Part shown: positions 23,186 through 33,465 of the stretch, piece after piece
How positions within the stretch are numbered: the first letter of the stretch is position 1
Layout of the letters: the number at the start of each line of letters is the position of its first letter
Source: Rhodospirillaceae bacterium
GTDB taxonomy: Bacteria; Pseudomonadota; Alphaproteobacteria; UBA6615
Assembly: GCA_018702955.1 (NCBI GenBank)
Contig: JABJEK010000038.1
Coordinates: 128,002-192,001, forward strand
Direction of reading: 5' to 3'
Length of the DNA: 64,000 bases
Notes under the pieces: model-generated
The model's input: the letters and a program-made list of their open reading frames with translations, nothing else
What the model was told of the DNA's origin: nothing
The model's database searches: none
Translations under genes and position numbers: made by a program

Positions 23186-23974
23186 CTAACGTGCGAAATA
23201 TTCCGCGACGATCCTGTTGAATTCGCCCGGAACGGTCCGGGAGCAAGCGTGCCCGCCATAGTCGAGCAGCTTGTATTCGGCACCCGGGATTGCCGCCGCC
23301 AACGCCGCCGAGAAATAGGCCGGTGTCTGGTGATCATCGCGTGCGCATAACACGAGAATCGGTACGTCGATGTCTGACAACTGGTCGCGCCGATCGAATG
23401 CCTGGACCGCCTCGATCCGGCTGGTCATGACCGAAACCGGCGCCAGCATGGCGACCTGTGCCGCCTGTTGCGCCTCCAGCACCTCGGAATTCTCTGCAAT
23501 CCATTCCGGCGGATAAAGCATCAGGCTCGTCATATCGCCATAGAGCTCCGACCCCTGGTTTTCCAGAATTGAACGCCGGACGCGCCAGACCTTCGAGCGG
23601 TAGGCATCGCCATGAGTGGTGCTGGCGTAGATCACCATATTGCGGAGGCGCTCGGGATTCTCGATGGCGATGATCTGCCCGATGTTGCCGCCCGTCGAAT
23701 GCCCCAGATAATCGAGTTTCTCAAAACCAAGCGCATCGAGCAGCGCCAACAAATCGTCACGCAATTGCTCGATCCCGGTCACCGGCTCATGGCTGGTCCG
23801 ACCAGTACCACGCTGGTCGTAGGAGATGACCGTATGGGTGCGCGAAAAAAACGAGACCTGCTCGGCCCAGTAATTTGCGGTTCCCCCCATGCCCGCGACC
23901 AACAACAGCGGCGGGCCGTCACCCTGGATATCGTAATACTGGGTGATCCCGTTAGCTTCGATCTGGGCCATCAT
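23186..23974 (-). CDS. alpha/beta-fold hydrolase
   Basis: 262 aa. LLLVAGMGG...GHSTGGNIG nucleophile elbow. Confidence 0.8.
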   Translation of the reverse strand: MMAQIEANGITQYYDIQGDGPPLLLVAGMGGTANYWAEQVSFFSRTHTVISYDQRGTGRTSHEPVTGIEQLRDDLLALLDALGFEKLDYLGHSTGGNIGQIIAIENPERLRNMVIYASTTHGDAYRSKVWRVRRSILENQGSELYGDMTSLMLYPPEWIAENSEVLEAQQAAQVAMLAPVSVMTSRIEAVQAFDRRDQLSDIDVPILVLCARDDHQTPAYFSAALAAAIPGAEYKLLDYGGHACSRTVPGEFNRIVAEYFAR

Positions 23975-24011
23975 TTGTCCCCGCCGACGGTCGGTTCAGA
24001 TACGCCGAAAA

Positions 24012-24584
24012 TCAGGATTTCGGCGGATCGAATGGCATGATTTCGCCAAACGCATCAGCGACCTTCGCACCATACTCGTTGGTGACGCGCTCCTTGACCG
24101 AATGGGGCATCGTCACATCGTCGCGCTCAATGGGACCCGTAAGAATAGTGAGCTGGACCGCGTCGCCCTCTCCCACATTGTTGAACTCGCGGTAAACACC
24201 GGGCGGACAGGAGAATACGTCCCACTGGTTCAGCACGCGCTTGTGTTCAATAGGATCACCCACCCGGTATTCGATCGATCCCTGTAACACCATGAACGTC
24301 TCATAGGTTTCATTATGGTCGTGCAAACACGGTCCCTGTCCCGGGGGCATGACGGAGATGAACATGGTGGTCCCGTTCGCGCCGATGATTGGCGCACGAT
24401 CACCGAACGGGCTCTTCGTATCCTCGAGAATCACCGCCATGATCTTGCGCGCAAAGAATATTTCCCAAGCATCCTGCGGTACCCAGGCAAGGTCATCCGT
24501 CGTCGACATCGGCTCGAGCTTGTCAAACCGCGCGATCCGCGCGTCCATCTCTTCGGCCGTCGGCGTGAATATTTCGGTCGGCAT
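24012..24584 (-). CDS. cupin-domain protein
   Basis: 190 aa. HDHNETYETFMVLQGSIEY...WDVFSCPPGVYREF, two-His cupin motifs. Confidence 0.7.
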   Translation of the reverse strand: MPTEIFTPTAEEMDARIARFDKLEPMSTTDDLAWVPQDAWEIFFARKIMAVILEDTKSPFGDRAPIIGANGTTMFISVMPPGQGPCLHDHNETYETFMVLQGSIEYRVGDPIEHKRVLNQWDVFSCPPGVYREFNNVGEGDAVQLTILTGPIERDDVTMPHSVKERVTNEYGAKVADAFGEIMPFDPPKS

Positions 24585-24644
24585 GTCTCCGCTCCCTTAT
24601 TCCGTTCCAGACTGGGAGAGCCTAACGGATAATCAGAGGGCCCT

Positions 24645-25544
24645 CTAGGCCGGGAAATAGAGGTCGAGCCAGCCCTTCACGGCATCGCGCGCGCGCGTGC
24701 TGTCCACGGAGAACGGGAAATGGTCCACGTCCGACGCAAGGATCAGGTCGCAGGGCTGTTTTGAATGGGCGAAGAGCTGCAATGACTGATCCGTTGGTGT
24801 GACGGAATCGTCGGCGGCGTGGAACAAGAGCACCGGGCGCGGAGAGATGTCCGCGATCACATCGTTCGCCCGGAAGTCATACATGCTCTGCGCCGTCTCG
24901 GCCGGGAACTCCATCAGCACATTCTTGCCCATATGGCCGCGCAGATGTTCGGGAATCGGGACGATATCCCATCGCCCAACCATGAGCGATTCCCCGGTCT
25001 TCTCGCGATGCGCCTTGCCCTCGGTCAGGATATTCTGGAAGTGGGCCCATTGCTCATCGGACGCATGCTGCAGGCGGAACTTGCTCTCGCCATCCCCCCA
25101 GCCGCAGGACGAAATCACCGCGGCGATCCGCTTATCAACACCACCTGCATACACAGCAACAGCAGCCCCGAAACTGTGGCCGATCACGCCAATACGGTCA
25201 CCATCCACATAGGGTTGCTCGGCGAACCACGTCACGGCGTTCTTCACATCCTCGACCTGGTCCTCGCACATCACCCATCCGGTCTCGCCTTCGCTGTCAC
25301 CGCAGCTGCGGAAATCAAACCGCATGACGACATAACCCCAGTCGCACAGCATGTTCGACAGGATCTCCGGTGTGGACCCGTCCTTACCGGTCCCGAAACC
25401 GTGCAAGACCAGAAATGCCGGCCGCGAATCTCCCGGCGCAAGGTCCGCAGGTGTGTGAACCACGCCCGCGAGCGTCAGCCCGTCGGATTTGAATGAGACG
25501 TTCTGTTCCAATTGACGTTCCCCTCTATGAATTCTCTGTTTCAT
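24645..25544 (-). CDS. alpha/beta hydrolase (dienelactone-hydrolase / peptidase-S9-like)
   Basis: ATG at 25542-25544. FLVLHGFGTGKDG...IGVIGHSFGAAVAV. Overlaps the upstream CoA-ligase stop. Confidence 0.75.
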   Translation of the reverse strand: MKQRIHRGERQLEQNVSFKSDGLTLAGVVHTPADLAPGDSRPAFLVLHGFGTGKDGSTPEILSNMLCDWGYVVMRFDFRSCGDSEGETGWVMCEDQVEDVKNAVTWFAEQPYVDGDRIGVIGHSFGAAVAVYAGGVDKRIAAVISSCGWGDGESKFRLQHASDEQWAHFQNILTEGKAHREKTGESLMVGRWDIVPIPEHLRGHMGKNVLMEFPAETAQSMYDFRANDVIADISPRPVLLFHAADDSVTPTDQSLQLFAHSKQPCDLILASDVDHFPFSVDSTRARDAVKGWLDLYFPA

Positions 25545-27180
25545 CCGCACGCAGGGCTTGCCGGTCTATCTTGCCGGTTCCCGTTTTTGGCAGATCACCG
25601 CGAAACTCAACGATGCGCGGATATTTATACGGGACAAGCTTGGTCTTCACATAGTCCTGCAGGCGTTGTGTTGTCGCATCGTCATGCCCGGCCGCCGCCT
25701 TCATCACGACCCAGGCCTTGGTTGTCATCAATCCGTTGTGCGCGGCCACGCCAAGCACGCAGCTTTCCTGCACATCGGGATGGTCGTTGAGACAACGCTC
25801 GATCTCCAGCGGATAAATCCATTGCCCGCTCACCTTGATCAGATCATCGGCTCGCCCGTCAAATTTGTAGAATCCATCCTCATCACACTGAAAACGATCG
25901 CCGGTGTAAATCCAGTCGTCACGCATCGTGTCGGCCGTCTTGTCGGGTTGATTCCAGTAGAACGGCGCCTGTGAATCCCCGCGAACCCACATGGTTCCCG
26001 GCTCACCAAGCGCGACCGGCTCGCCATCCATATCGACGAGTTTGATCTCGTAACCGGGAACACGTTTCCCCGCGGCGCCAGCACGGATGTCACCGGGAAA
26101 GTTGCTCACGTAAATATGCAAGACTTCCGTGGAGCCCAGGCCCTCGACGATTTCGAGACCGTAGCGTCGCCGCCACTCATTGAAGGTCTCTTCGGGAAGC
26201 GGTTCGGCGGCGGAGAGGCATAAACGCACACTCCCCAGATCGCGGTCCTCGCTGCCTTCGTACGCAACCAGCGCGTTGTAGAGCGTCGGCAATCCGAAGA
26301 ACACGGTCGGTTTATGTCGCTCGATTGCATCATAGATCGGCGCCGGTTCGGGCCGTCCCGCATTGAGGACGACCGCGGCGCCGGCCGAGAAGGGAAAGGT
26401 GATCGAATTTCCGAACCCGTAGGCGAAGAATATCTTGGGCACCGAGTAGATAATGTCATCTTCGGACAATTCTAGAACCGCCTGCCCGTAACTCAAATCC
26501 GTGTAGAGCATATCGTGCTGCAGGTGCACGATACCCTTGGGGCGGCCCGTGCTGCCGGAGCTGTACATCCAGAAAGCCATCTCGTCTCGATGGGTATCCG
26601 CCACATCCAGCGCCGCACCCTGGCCCCCGATAAACGCGTCCCACCCCTCTATTGGGATCGGGAAATCGGCTGACACTTCGCCATCCGCCTCGCCGTTTAC
26701 AACGATGACCCGATCAACCGCCGGACCGTCGGCCAGTGCTTCGTGCAGCGTGTCCAGCAAAGCCGCTTCACACATCACGATTGGCGCGGCGCTGTCCTCT
26801 ATGTAATAGCGGAGCAGATCGGGTGTTGAGAGGATATTGATCAACACCGGCACATAGCCCGCACGAACAGCGCCGAAGAAGGCGGCCGGATAGACGGGTG
26901 TATCGTCAAGCACCATCGCCACCCGATCGCCACGCCGAAGGCCGCAGTCGCGCAACGCATTTCCCGCCTGCCCGGCGAGATCACACAGATCCTGGTATGT
27001 GAGGCTTATGTCCGCAGCGAGTATCGCAGTACGGGCGCCACGGCCCGCATCGAGATTTCGAAACAAAATCTCGCTGGCATTGTAACGCTCGGGAACCGCA
27101 AAACCGATTTCCCGCGTGCCCGCTGTATCCGGCCCGACCGGATCGTCAATGCGCCGCTGGTGTTCGATATCCTGCGACAT
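25525..27180 (-). CDS. aryl-CoA ligase of the benzoate / 2-aminobenzoate-CoA ligase clade (AMP-dependent synthetase)
   Basis: 551 aa. ERYNASEILF, SSGSTGRPKG, YGxTE-like and GDRF...DG motifs. Confidence 0.85.
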   Translation of the reverse strand: MSQDIEHQRRIDDPVGPDTAGTREIGFAVPERYNASEILFRNLDAGRGARTAILAADISLTYQDLCDLAGQAGNALRDCGLRRGDRVAMVLDDTPVYPAAFFGAVRAGYVPVLINILSTPDLLRYYIEDSAAPIVMCEAALLDTLHEALADGPAVDRVIVVNGEADGEVSADFPIPIEGWDAFIGGQGAALDVADTHRDEMAFWMYSSGSTGRPKGIVHLQHDMLYTDLSYGQAVLELSEDDIIYSVPKIFFAYGFGNSITFPFSAGAAVVLNAGRPEPAPIYDAIERHKPTVFFGLPTLYNALVAYEGSEDRDLGSVRLCLSAAEPLPEETFNEWRRRYGLEIVEGLGSTEVLHIYVSNFPGDIRAGAAGKRVPGYEIKLVDMDGEPVALGEPGTMWVRGDSQAPFYWNQPDKTADTMRDDWIYTGDRFQCDEDGFYKFDGRADDLIKVSGQWIYPLEIERCLNDHPDVQESCVLGVAAHNGLMTTKAWVVMKAAAGHDDATTQRLQDYVKTKLVPYKYPRIVEFRGDLPKTGTGKIDRQALRADETENS

Positions 27181-27285
27181 AATGCAAACCCTCCCCCAAG
27201 ATTTTATAGCAAGCCGGGCGCTCTATCGCCGCAAGGAAAAGCCCGCCACCGGCATGGCGACGGGCTCCACTTCAATCCGCCGATG

Positions 27286-27543
27286 TCAGGCTTTCTTGCG
27301 CATAACCACCCGAAAAAGGATCAACAGAACGATCGCCCCGATCACCGCCACGATAATGCTGCCGATGTTCACGCCGTCGACCCCACCGACACCAATCAGG
27401 CTACCGACGAAACCGCCGACCACACCACCGACGATACCGACGATGATGGTCACGATGATCCCGCCCGGATCATTACCCGGAACAACAAATTTGGCGATCA
27501 GGCCCGCGATCAGACCGAGTACAATCCATGAAATAAAGTCCAT
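27286..27543 (-). CDS. GlsB/YeaQ/YmgE-family small membrane protein
   Basis: 85 aa, glycine-rich TM repeats. MDFISWIVLGLIAGLIAKFVVPG. Confidence 0.8.
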   Translation of the reverse strand: MDFISWIVLGLIAGLIAKFVVPGNDPGGIIVTIIVGIVGGVVGGFVGSLIGVGGVDGVNIGSIIVAVIGAIVLLILFRVVMRKKA

Positions 27544-27661
27544 CGAGCATTTCTCCCTTGCCCCTGCGCCCGTTCGGCACGAAGCGGCAAACTTAGAGTT
27601 CGCACTCGACTCGCGTCAAAGCGGGAGCACAATGCTAATTTGACAGTATCAGGCAGTCTTG

Positions 27662-27675
27662 TTGATCTGCGTCAA
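27662..27675. promoter_or_regulatory. FNR/FixK-type box TTGATctgcGTCAA
   Basis: Matches TTGA-N6-TCAA about 65 bp upstream of the cytochrome c start, in an intergenic region shared with the divergent glsB-like gene. Confidence 0.5.
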
Positions 27676-27737
27676 CGGCATCAGGAACGCGCATGCGCAA
27701 ACTGACCATTACCCAAAAGCGCGGAGCAACCGGTTCC

Positions 27738-28085
27738 ATGAAAACCGTTCACGCATTTATTCCGAGGCTCGCGGCAGCTCTGCTGCTCACGACGGCGTTC
27801 GCCGTGCCCGTGTCCGCGCAGGATCTGGTCGGCGACCCGGACGCTGGTGCCCGCTTCGCGCAACGCGCCTGCGCCGGATGTCATGTTGTAGGCGGGGACT
27901 GGCCGGCCAATCCCCGCAATCCGGCGCCGGCCTTCGAGCGGGTCGCCGCCGAACCATCGGTCACCCCTCTTGGCCTGCGGGTGTTTCTCAACTCCCCACA
28001 CCGCAACATGCCCAACCTCATTCTCAGCGAGAAAGAGGTGGACGATGTGATTGCCTACATCATGGCCTTGCGCCCGATGAAGTAA
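27738..28085 (+). CDS. class I c-type cytochrome (monohaem), secreted
   Basis: ATG at 27738 (MKTVHAFIPRLAAALLLTTAFAVPVSAQ signal peptide). CAGCH haem-binding motif, distal Met. Confidence 0.8.
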   Translation: MKTVHAFIPRLAAALLLTTAFAVPVSAQDLVGDPDAGARFAQRACAGCHVVGGDWPANPRNPAPAFERVAAEPSVTPLGLRVFLNSPHRNMPNLILSEKEVDDVIAYIMALRPMK

Positions 28086-28094
28086 CTTCGAGCG

Positions 28095-28259
28095 CTACTG
28101 CTCCGCCGGAGGATCCGCCGGATCATCGTCGATCAGAATGCGCCGTGCCGCGCCATCAAGATCATCATATTGACCGGTGCGTATGGACCAGATGAACGCC
28201 GCCAGCCCCAGCGCACCGAGCAGCAACGCGACCGGAATTAGGATCGCAATGATGTTCAT
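28095..28259 (-). CDS. ccoS: cbb3 oxidase maturation protein CcoS/FixS (about 54 aa; below ORF-track cutoff)
   Basis: Translated by hand: MNIIAILIPVALLLGALGLAAFIWSIRTGQYDDLDGAARRILIDDDPADPPAEQ. Start ATG overlaps the ccoI stop (ATGA). Ends are +/-2 nt. Confidence 0.6.
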   Translation of the reverse strand: MNIIAILIPVALLLGALGLAAFIWSIRTGQYDDLDGAARRILIDDDPADPPAEQ

Positions 28260-30493
28260 TGGGTCTCGCTCGGGTCTGCACGTTTGAGGCGCAACGCATT
28301 GGTCGTCACCAGCAGTGACGAGGACGACATCGCGACGGCCGCCACCAGCGGCGTAACGAACCCGGCCATCGCAAACGGCACCGCGATCGCATTGTAAAGG
28401 ATCGCCAGCCCGACATTCTGCATTGTCAGTCGGTTGGCGCGCGCGCCCACAGACAACGCTGTCATGACCGGCTCAAGCCGGTCACCCTGGAACACCAAGT
28501 CGGCCTGAATCTGACTGATATCTGCGGCAGATGCAGGTGACATCGAGGCATGCGCAGCGGCAAGTGCCGGCGCATCGTTCAGCCCATCGCCGACCATCAG
28601 GACACAGCATCCCTTGGCTTCGAGTTCACGCAGACGCGCAACCTTGTCCGTCGGCGAGACCCCACCGCGTCGTTTGGTTATTCCAAGGGCATCGCCCACA
28701 CGATCCACCACCTCGCAGCGGTCACCCGACAACAGCTCAATTCGAAACCCGCGCGCCATAAGTGCATCGATGGTCCGGGCCGCATCGGGCCGCACATCAT
28801 CGTCAAAGGCGAACCCGGCCACGGGTTTCCCGTCGCGAGACAGCCAAAGTTCCGAGCCCGTTCCCTTTGCGGGGCGTTGCGCCGCACCACACCAGTCGCG
28901 TTTGCCCAGACGCCACGTCACTCCATTGATGGTCGCCGTTACACCGCAACCGGCCACTTCGCGCGCATCGGCCGGCGGCTCGCCAGAGCCAAATGCGGTC
29001 TGCACCGCGCGCGAGAGCGGATGCAGACTTGCCGAGGCCAGGTCCCGCGCAACGGCGTGGCAGTCATCCGGAATCTCGTCATAATTGGTCAGAACCGGGC
29101 GTCCCATTGTCAGTGTGCCGGTCTTATCGAACACCACCGTATCGATCGCGGCGAGCCGTTCGAGTGCATCGCCCGACCGCAGAAGAATTCCGCGTTTGAG
29201 AAGACGGCCGCTCGCGACCACCTGCACAACCGGCACAGCCAAGCCCAAAGCGCATGGACATGTGATGATCAGCACGGCAACGGCGTGAAGCAGTGCTACC
29301 TGCCAGCCCGCGACGCTGAAGATCACCCAACCCGCGAACGTCGCCGCAGCCAGAATATGCACTGCGGGGGCGTACCAGCGCGCGACACGGTCGGCGAAAC
29401 GCACGAAACGCGCGCGTCCCTGCTCCGCATCTTCAATCAAACGAACGATTTCGGCGAGCAGTGTGTCCTCGCCTGTTCGTCCGACCCGCACAGCCACGGG
29501 TGCATTCAGGTTCATCGTTCCCGCGAATACCGAGATGCCTTGCCCCGCCGTCTGAGGTTCAGACTCACCGGTAACAAGGCTCGCATCGATATCCGTCTCG
29601 CCGCGCATAATCTTGCCGTCGACCGGGAAACGTTCTCCCGGGGCAACGCGCACAACCATGTCCGGCGACAGATCTTCGACCGCGATATAGGACAGCGATC
29701 CGTCTTCCGTCTCGACCAATGCAGAGGTCGCGCGCAGCAGCAAAAGCCGTTCCGCCGACCGTCGCGCTTCCGCACGCGCACGCAGGTCCAGATAGCGTCC
29801 GACGAGAAGGAAGAACAGCAAGGTGATCGACGCGTCAAAATAGGCGTGCACACCGCCGCCGATCGTCTCCACCAGGCTCACGGCTGCAGCCAGAATCACG
29901 GCCAGGGAGATCGGCACGTCCATATTGGTATGACCACCGCGCAACGCCGCCAGCGCCGAACGAAAAAACGGTCGTCCCGAATAGGCAATTGCCGGAAGCG
30001 CGATCACGGCCGACAGCCAGTGCAGAAAATCGCGGGTGGTCGCATCCATATCGGACCAGAGGCCGGCCCACACGGAAATCGACAAGAGCATGACGTTTGC
30101 GGCAGCGAAACCAGCGACCCCCATCGCCCGCAACAGCGCCGTACTCTCTTCCGAACCCTGGGACGCAAGAATATCGGGATCGAACGGGATGGCACCGTAA
30201 CCCAGTGCCTCGACGCTATCGACAATCTCACGTGCGACGTCAGCCACCCCCCGCCAGCGCACATAAAGGCGCCGCGTGGAAAAATTCACCCGCGCCTCTG
30301 TCACATCATCGCGGGCGTTCAACGTGCGCTCAATCCGGGCGATGCAGTTGGCACAATGAACCCCCTCGACCAGCAGGTTCAGGGCGTGCTCGTCCTCGCC
30401 CATAGGTACAGCGCGTAATGCGAGATCACTGGATAGAACCGGCGCACCGCGTTTCGACCCGGCGGTCGGCGTGTGAAGCGCTACTTCGACCAT
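28256..30493 (-). CDS. ccoI: copper-translocating P-type ATPase CcoI/FixI
   Basis: HMA domain GVHCANCIARIE, DKTGTLT phosphorylation site, CPC-type TM motif region, GDGxND. Start taken at ATG 30491-30493 (an alternative ATG at 30556 would overlap ccoH by 76 nt). Confidence 0.85.
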   Translation of the reverse strand: MVEVALHTPTAGSKRGAPVLSSDLALRAVPMGEDEHALNLLVEGVHCANCIARIERTLNARDDVTEARVNFSTRRLYVRWRGVADVAREIVDSVEALGYGAIPFDPDILASQGSEESTALLRAMGVAGFAAANVMLLSISVWAGLWSDMDATTRDFLHWLSAVIALPAIAYSGRPFFRSALAALRGGHTNMDVPISLAVILAAAVSLVETIGGGVHAYFDASITLLFFLLVGRYLDLRARAEARRSAERLLLLRATSALVETEDGSLSYIAVEDLSPDMVVRVAPGERFPVDGKIMRGETDIDASLVTGESEPQTAGQGISVFAGTMNLNAPVAVRVGRTGEDTLLAEIVRLIEDAEQGRARFVRFADRVARWYAPAVHILAAATFAGWVIFSVAGWQVALLHAVAVLIITCPCALGLAVPVVQVVASGRLLKRGILLRSGDALERLAAIDTVVFDKTGTLTMGRPVLTNYDEIPDDCHAVARDLASASLHPLSRAVQTAFGSGEPPADAREVAGCGVTATINGVTWRLGKRDWCGAAQRPAKGTGSELWLSRDGKPVAGFAFDDDVRPDAARTIDALMARGFRIELLSGDRCEVVDRVGDALGITKRRGGVSPTDKVARLRELEAKGCCVLMVGDGLNDAPALAAAHASMSPASAADISQIQADLVFQGDRLEPVMTALSVGARANRLTMQNVGLAILYNAIAVPFAMAGFVTPLVAAVAMSSSSLLVTTNALRLKRADPSETQ

Positions 30494-30972
30494 ATGCGCG
30501 TCTCGACCAGGTATGACGGCGCGCCAGGACGGCTCACTTCGATCCGGACATCCCATTGCCCCGGTGCGGGCGGCGTAATGTCCGCCACATATCGACCGCT
30601 TTCGTCGCTATTCAGCGTTGCAGAAAAATCGATACCTTCGGCAACCGGGCGCTTGAACGTCGCGGTCACAATCCGGTCCCGCACCGGCTGCCCGTCTTCC
30701 GTGCGAAGCGCAAATGTCAGGCGTCCCGTTCCCGGCATGTCGGATGCGTACCCTGTCTCGGCAGTCCAGCCGAGCAGCCGCTGGGCATCCGCGCGCGCGA
30801 GCTCGTCATTGAACGCAATGCCCTTGCGGTAGGCGTCCTCCGTCGAAAGCCCGGTCCAGCTATCGCTTGCGAACCAGAAGAAGATGCCATTGACGAGGAA
30901 GACCACGCCGAAGAACGCGATGAAACCCAGCAATACCGTGCGACCGGTTATCTCGCGCCCCCGACCAATCAT
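30481..30972 (-). CDS. ccoH: CcoH/FixH
   Basis: 163 aa with a single TM helix (VLLGFIAFFGVVFLVNGIFFWFA). Positioned between ccoG and ccoI. Confidence 0.75.
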   Translation of the reverse strand: MIGRGREITGRTVLLGFIAFFGVVFLVNGIFFWFASDSWTGLSTEDAYRKGIAFNDELARADAQRLLGWTAETGYASDMPGTGRLTFALRTEDGQPVRDRIVTATFKRPVAEGIDFSATLNSDESGRYVADITPPAPGQWDVRIEVSRPGAPSYLVETRIWSK

Positions 30973-32432
30973 CGGGTCGGCCCCTGGAAGCTGCTGTCGG
31001 TGCGCGCCACATCGCCCGAACCGGTGTCGGTCAGCACAAACTCAAGGTCACGTGCCGACACAACTCGATCGCGCGGCACCGTCACGAACACATGAAAGGC
31101 GTCAATCTTATCCGGCCCGACCGTGAACACCGGTAGGCCACCGTCACCGCCCACGCGGCTGACATCCGCCCCTTCCAGACCGATGACCATGAGCTCGAAC
31201 CGGCGATCCTCGTGTCGTTTATTGGCGATCTTGAGGGTGTAGGCGTTGCGCACAGAGCCGTCCGACATGGTGGTGAACAGCGGGCTGCGCTCATGCTGGA
31301 CGCTCGCACTGACGATCGGGCGTGAGGCCAGCGCATAGACCATGATCGCGGCGACAAGAATGATCATGCCGGAATACAGGAACGTCCGGCCGCGGAAGAG
31401 TTTGAACTTGGGTGCCTCACCCCGTGCCGTCTGATCCGCCATGCTCAGCGTGCCATAGGAGATCAAATTTGGTGGCCGCCCGACCTTGTCCATCACGTCA
31501 TTGCAGGCGTCGATACACAAGGCACAGGAAATGCATTCGAGCTGCAGGCCATCGCGAATGTCGATACCCATCGGGCAAACCGCGACACACTGGTTACAGT
31601 CGACGCAGTCACCCCGGCCTTCCCATCCCTGATTTGCCTTGTGGGAGCCGCGCGGTTCACCGCGCACGTCATCAAAATTCACGATGAGCGTGTCTTCGTC
31701 GGCAAGAGCGGCCTGAATGCGCGGCCAGGGGCACATATACGTGCAGACGGCCTCGCGGGCATGTCCGCCGAACATGTATGTGAATGCGGTGAGCAAACCG
31801 ATCCAGACATAGGTCGGTGTCGCGGCCTCGAAATTTGCGAGCTCGACGGCAAGCGCCGGCGCATCGGCGAAATAGAAGACCCAGGCACCGCCGGTCGACA
31901 CCGCGATCAAAATCCAGGAGATATGCTTGCTGATTTTCCGGCCAATTTTCCCGAGCGACCAGGAAGCGCGATCGAGCCGCATTCGCGAATTGCGATCACC
32001 CTCCCAGAAGCGTTCCACCGCGATAAACAGATCGGTCCAGACCGTTTGTGGGCAGGCGTAGCCGCACCATGCGCGCCCCACGGTTGCGGCGGTCAGAAAC
32101 AACCCCATGGCCGCCAGGATCAAAAGGCCGGTGATAAAAAACACCTCTTGCGGCCATATCTCGATGAAGAAAAAATAGAAACGGCGCGCCGGCAGGTCGA
32201 GCAGAACCGCTTGGTCCGGCGCATTCACGCCTCTGTCCCAGCGCAACCAGGGCGTCACATAGTAGATTCCCAGAGTGACGATCATGAGAATCCATTTGAA
32301 CCGCCGGAAATTTCCCCGCGCCCGCTTGGGATAGATTTTCGAACGCTTCTTGTTGAGTGTGCGACGGCCTTTCTTGTTGACCGGTTCGACGTCGACCGTT
32401 TCAACAGGTGGCGCAAGAACCGCGTCGCTCAT
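30969..32432 (-). CDS. ccoG: CcoG/FixG 4Fe-4S ferredoxin-type membrane protein
   Basis: 487 aa. CTYMCPWPRIQ and CVDCNQCVAVCPMGIDIRDG clusters. Confidence 0.9.
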   Translation of the reverse strand: MSDAVLAPPVETVDVEPVNKKGRRTLNKKRSKIYPKRARGNFRRFKWILMIVTLGIYYVTPWLRWDRGVNAPDQAVLLDLPARRFYFFFIEIWPQEVFFITGLLILAAMGLFLTAATVGRAWCGYACPQTVWTDLFIAVERFWEGDRNSRMRLDRASWSLGKIGRKISKHISWILIAVSTGGAWVFYFADAPALAVELANFEAATPTYVWIGLLTAFTYMFGGHAREAVCTYMCPWPRIQAALADEDTLIVNFDDVRGEPRGSHKANQGWEGRGDCVDCNQCVAVCPMGIDIRDGLQLECISCALCIDACNDVMDKVGRPPNLISYGTLSMADQTARGEAPKFKLFRGRTFLYSGMIILVAAIMVYALASRPIVSASVQHERSPLFTTMSDGSVRNAYTLKIANKRHEDRRFELMVIGLEGADVSRVGGDGGLPVFTVGPDKIDAFHVFVTVPRDRVVSARDLEFVLTDTGSGDVARTDSSFQGPTR

Positions 32433-32435
32433 GAC

Positions 32436-33302
32436 TTACTCTCCGCCCCCCAGTGCGTGCACATAGGTCGCCAGCTGCTTGCGCGTGACCTCGTCCAGCC
32501 GGTCTTCCCAGGCTGGCATAACGCCGTTGCGCGCAGTGGCGACGGTCTTCCTGATCTCGTCCCTGGAACCACCATAGAGCCAGATCGCGTCGGTCAAATT
32601 CGGGCCGCCCAACTCGCGGACCCCCTTGCCGCTTTCCTGATGGCAGGACGAGCATTGCTCGACGAATACCGCCTTGCCACGCCCCGCGGCATCCTCGTCA
32701 TGATCCTGCCCGGATATCTGCAAGACATGCTCGACCACATCGGACACCTCTTCACGGGTCAGCAACTCGTCCGCCAGGAACGCCGGCATCTGGTTGAAAC
32801 GTGTATCCGGGTGATCCGACCGGATTCCGACGCGGATCGTGTCAAATATCTCGTCCGGGTTTCCGCCCCAAATCCAGGCATCGTCATTCAGGTTTGGAAA
32901 GCCCGGCGCGCCCGCGCCACCCGCACCATGACACTGGGAGCAATTCACGGAGAAGGCGGACTTGCCGCCCGCGACCGCGAAGTCGAACAGGTCGGGTATG
33001 TCGCGGATTTCCTCAAGGCTCGCCTGTTCGATCCGGTCGCGGAAGCCGCTTTGGGCCGCGCGCGCATCAACGATGTCCTGGCGAACAGAATCACGTTGCG
33101 AAAACCCCAATACGCCCTTCGTATAGTCATTCACGAGCGGGATCGAAGGCATCGCGATCATGAACGCGATGCCCCAGACGATCGTGACGTAGAAGGTGTA
33201 GATCCACCAACGTGGGATCGGCGAATTCAGTTCCTTGATGCCGTCCCATTCATGTCCGGTGGTGGGCAATCCCGTCAGTTCATCAATTTCTTTTTCGGCC
33301 AC
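32436..33302 (-). CDS. ccoP: cbb3 oxidase subunit III, dihaem cytochrome c
   Basis: CSQCHG and CSSCHQ motifs. GTG start with AAGGAGGA SD; an ATG would require a longer overlap. Confidence 0.9.
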   Translation of the reverse strand: MAEKEIDELTGLPTTGHEWDGIKELNSPIPRWWIYTFYVTIVWGIAFMIAMPSIPLVNDYTKGVLGFSQRDSVRQDIVDARAAQSGFRDRIEQASLEEIRDIPDLFDFAVAGGKSAFSVNCSQCHGAGGAGAPGFPNLNDDAWIWGGNPDEIFDTIRVGIRSDHPDTRFNQMPAFLADELLTREEVSDVVEHVLQISGQDHDEDAAGRGKAVFVEQCSSCHQESGKGVRELGGPNLTDAIWLYGGSRDEIRKTVATARNGVMPAWEDRLDEVTRKQLATYVHALGGGE

Positions 33303-33306
33303 GGGA

Positions 33307-33456
33307 TCAGTCCTCCTTCAACGGAATTTTGGCGGCCTCGCGAAACCTCTCGGCATTCCGGGGCCACAAAACGAAAGCAATCACTGCAGCGAACAAGACG
33401 ACGAAATAGATCAATCCTCCTGTCTGGGCGAAGGCGGCGGCGGTCTCGTAGTTCAT
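33307..33456 (-). CDS. ccoQ: cbb3 oxidase subunit CcoQ (49 aa; below ORF-track cutoff)
   Basis: Hand translation: MNYETAAAFAQTGGLIYFVVLFAAVIAFVLWPRNAERFREAAKIPLKED. AGGAGG SD. Located between ccoO and ccoP as expected. Confidence 0.6.
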   Translation of the reverse strand: MNYETAAAFAQTGGLIYFVVLFAAVIAFVLWPRNAERFREAAKIPLKED

Positions 33457-33465
33457 CGTCCCCTC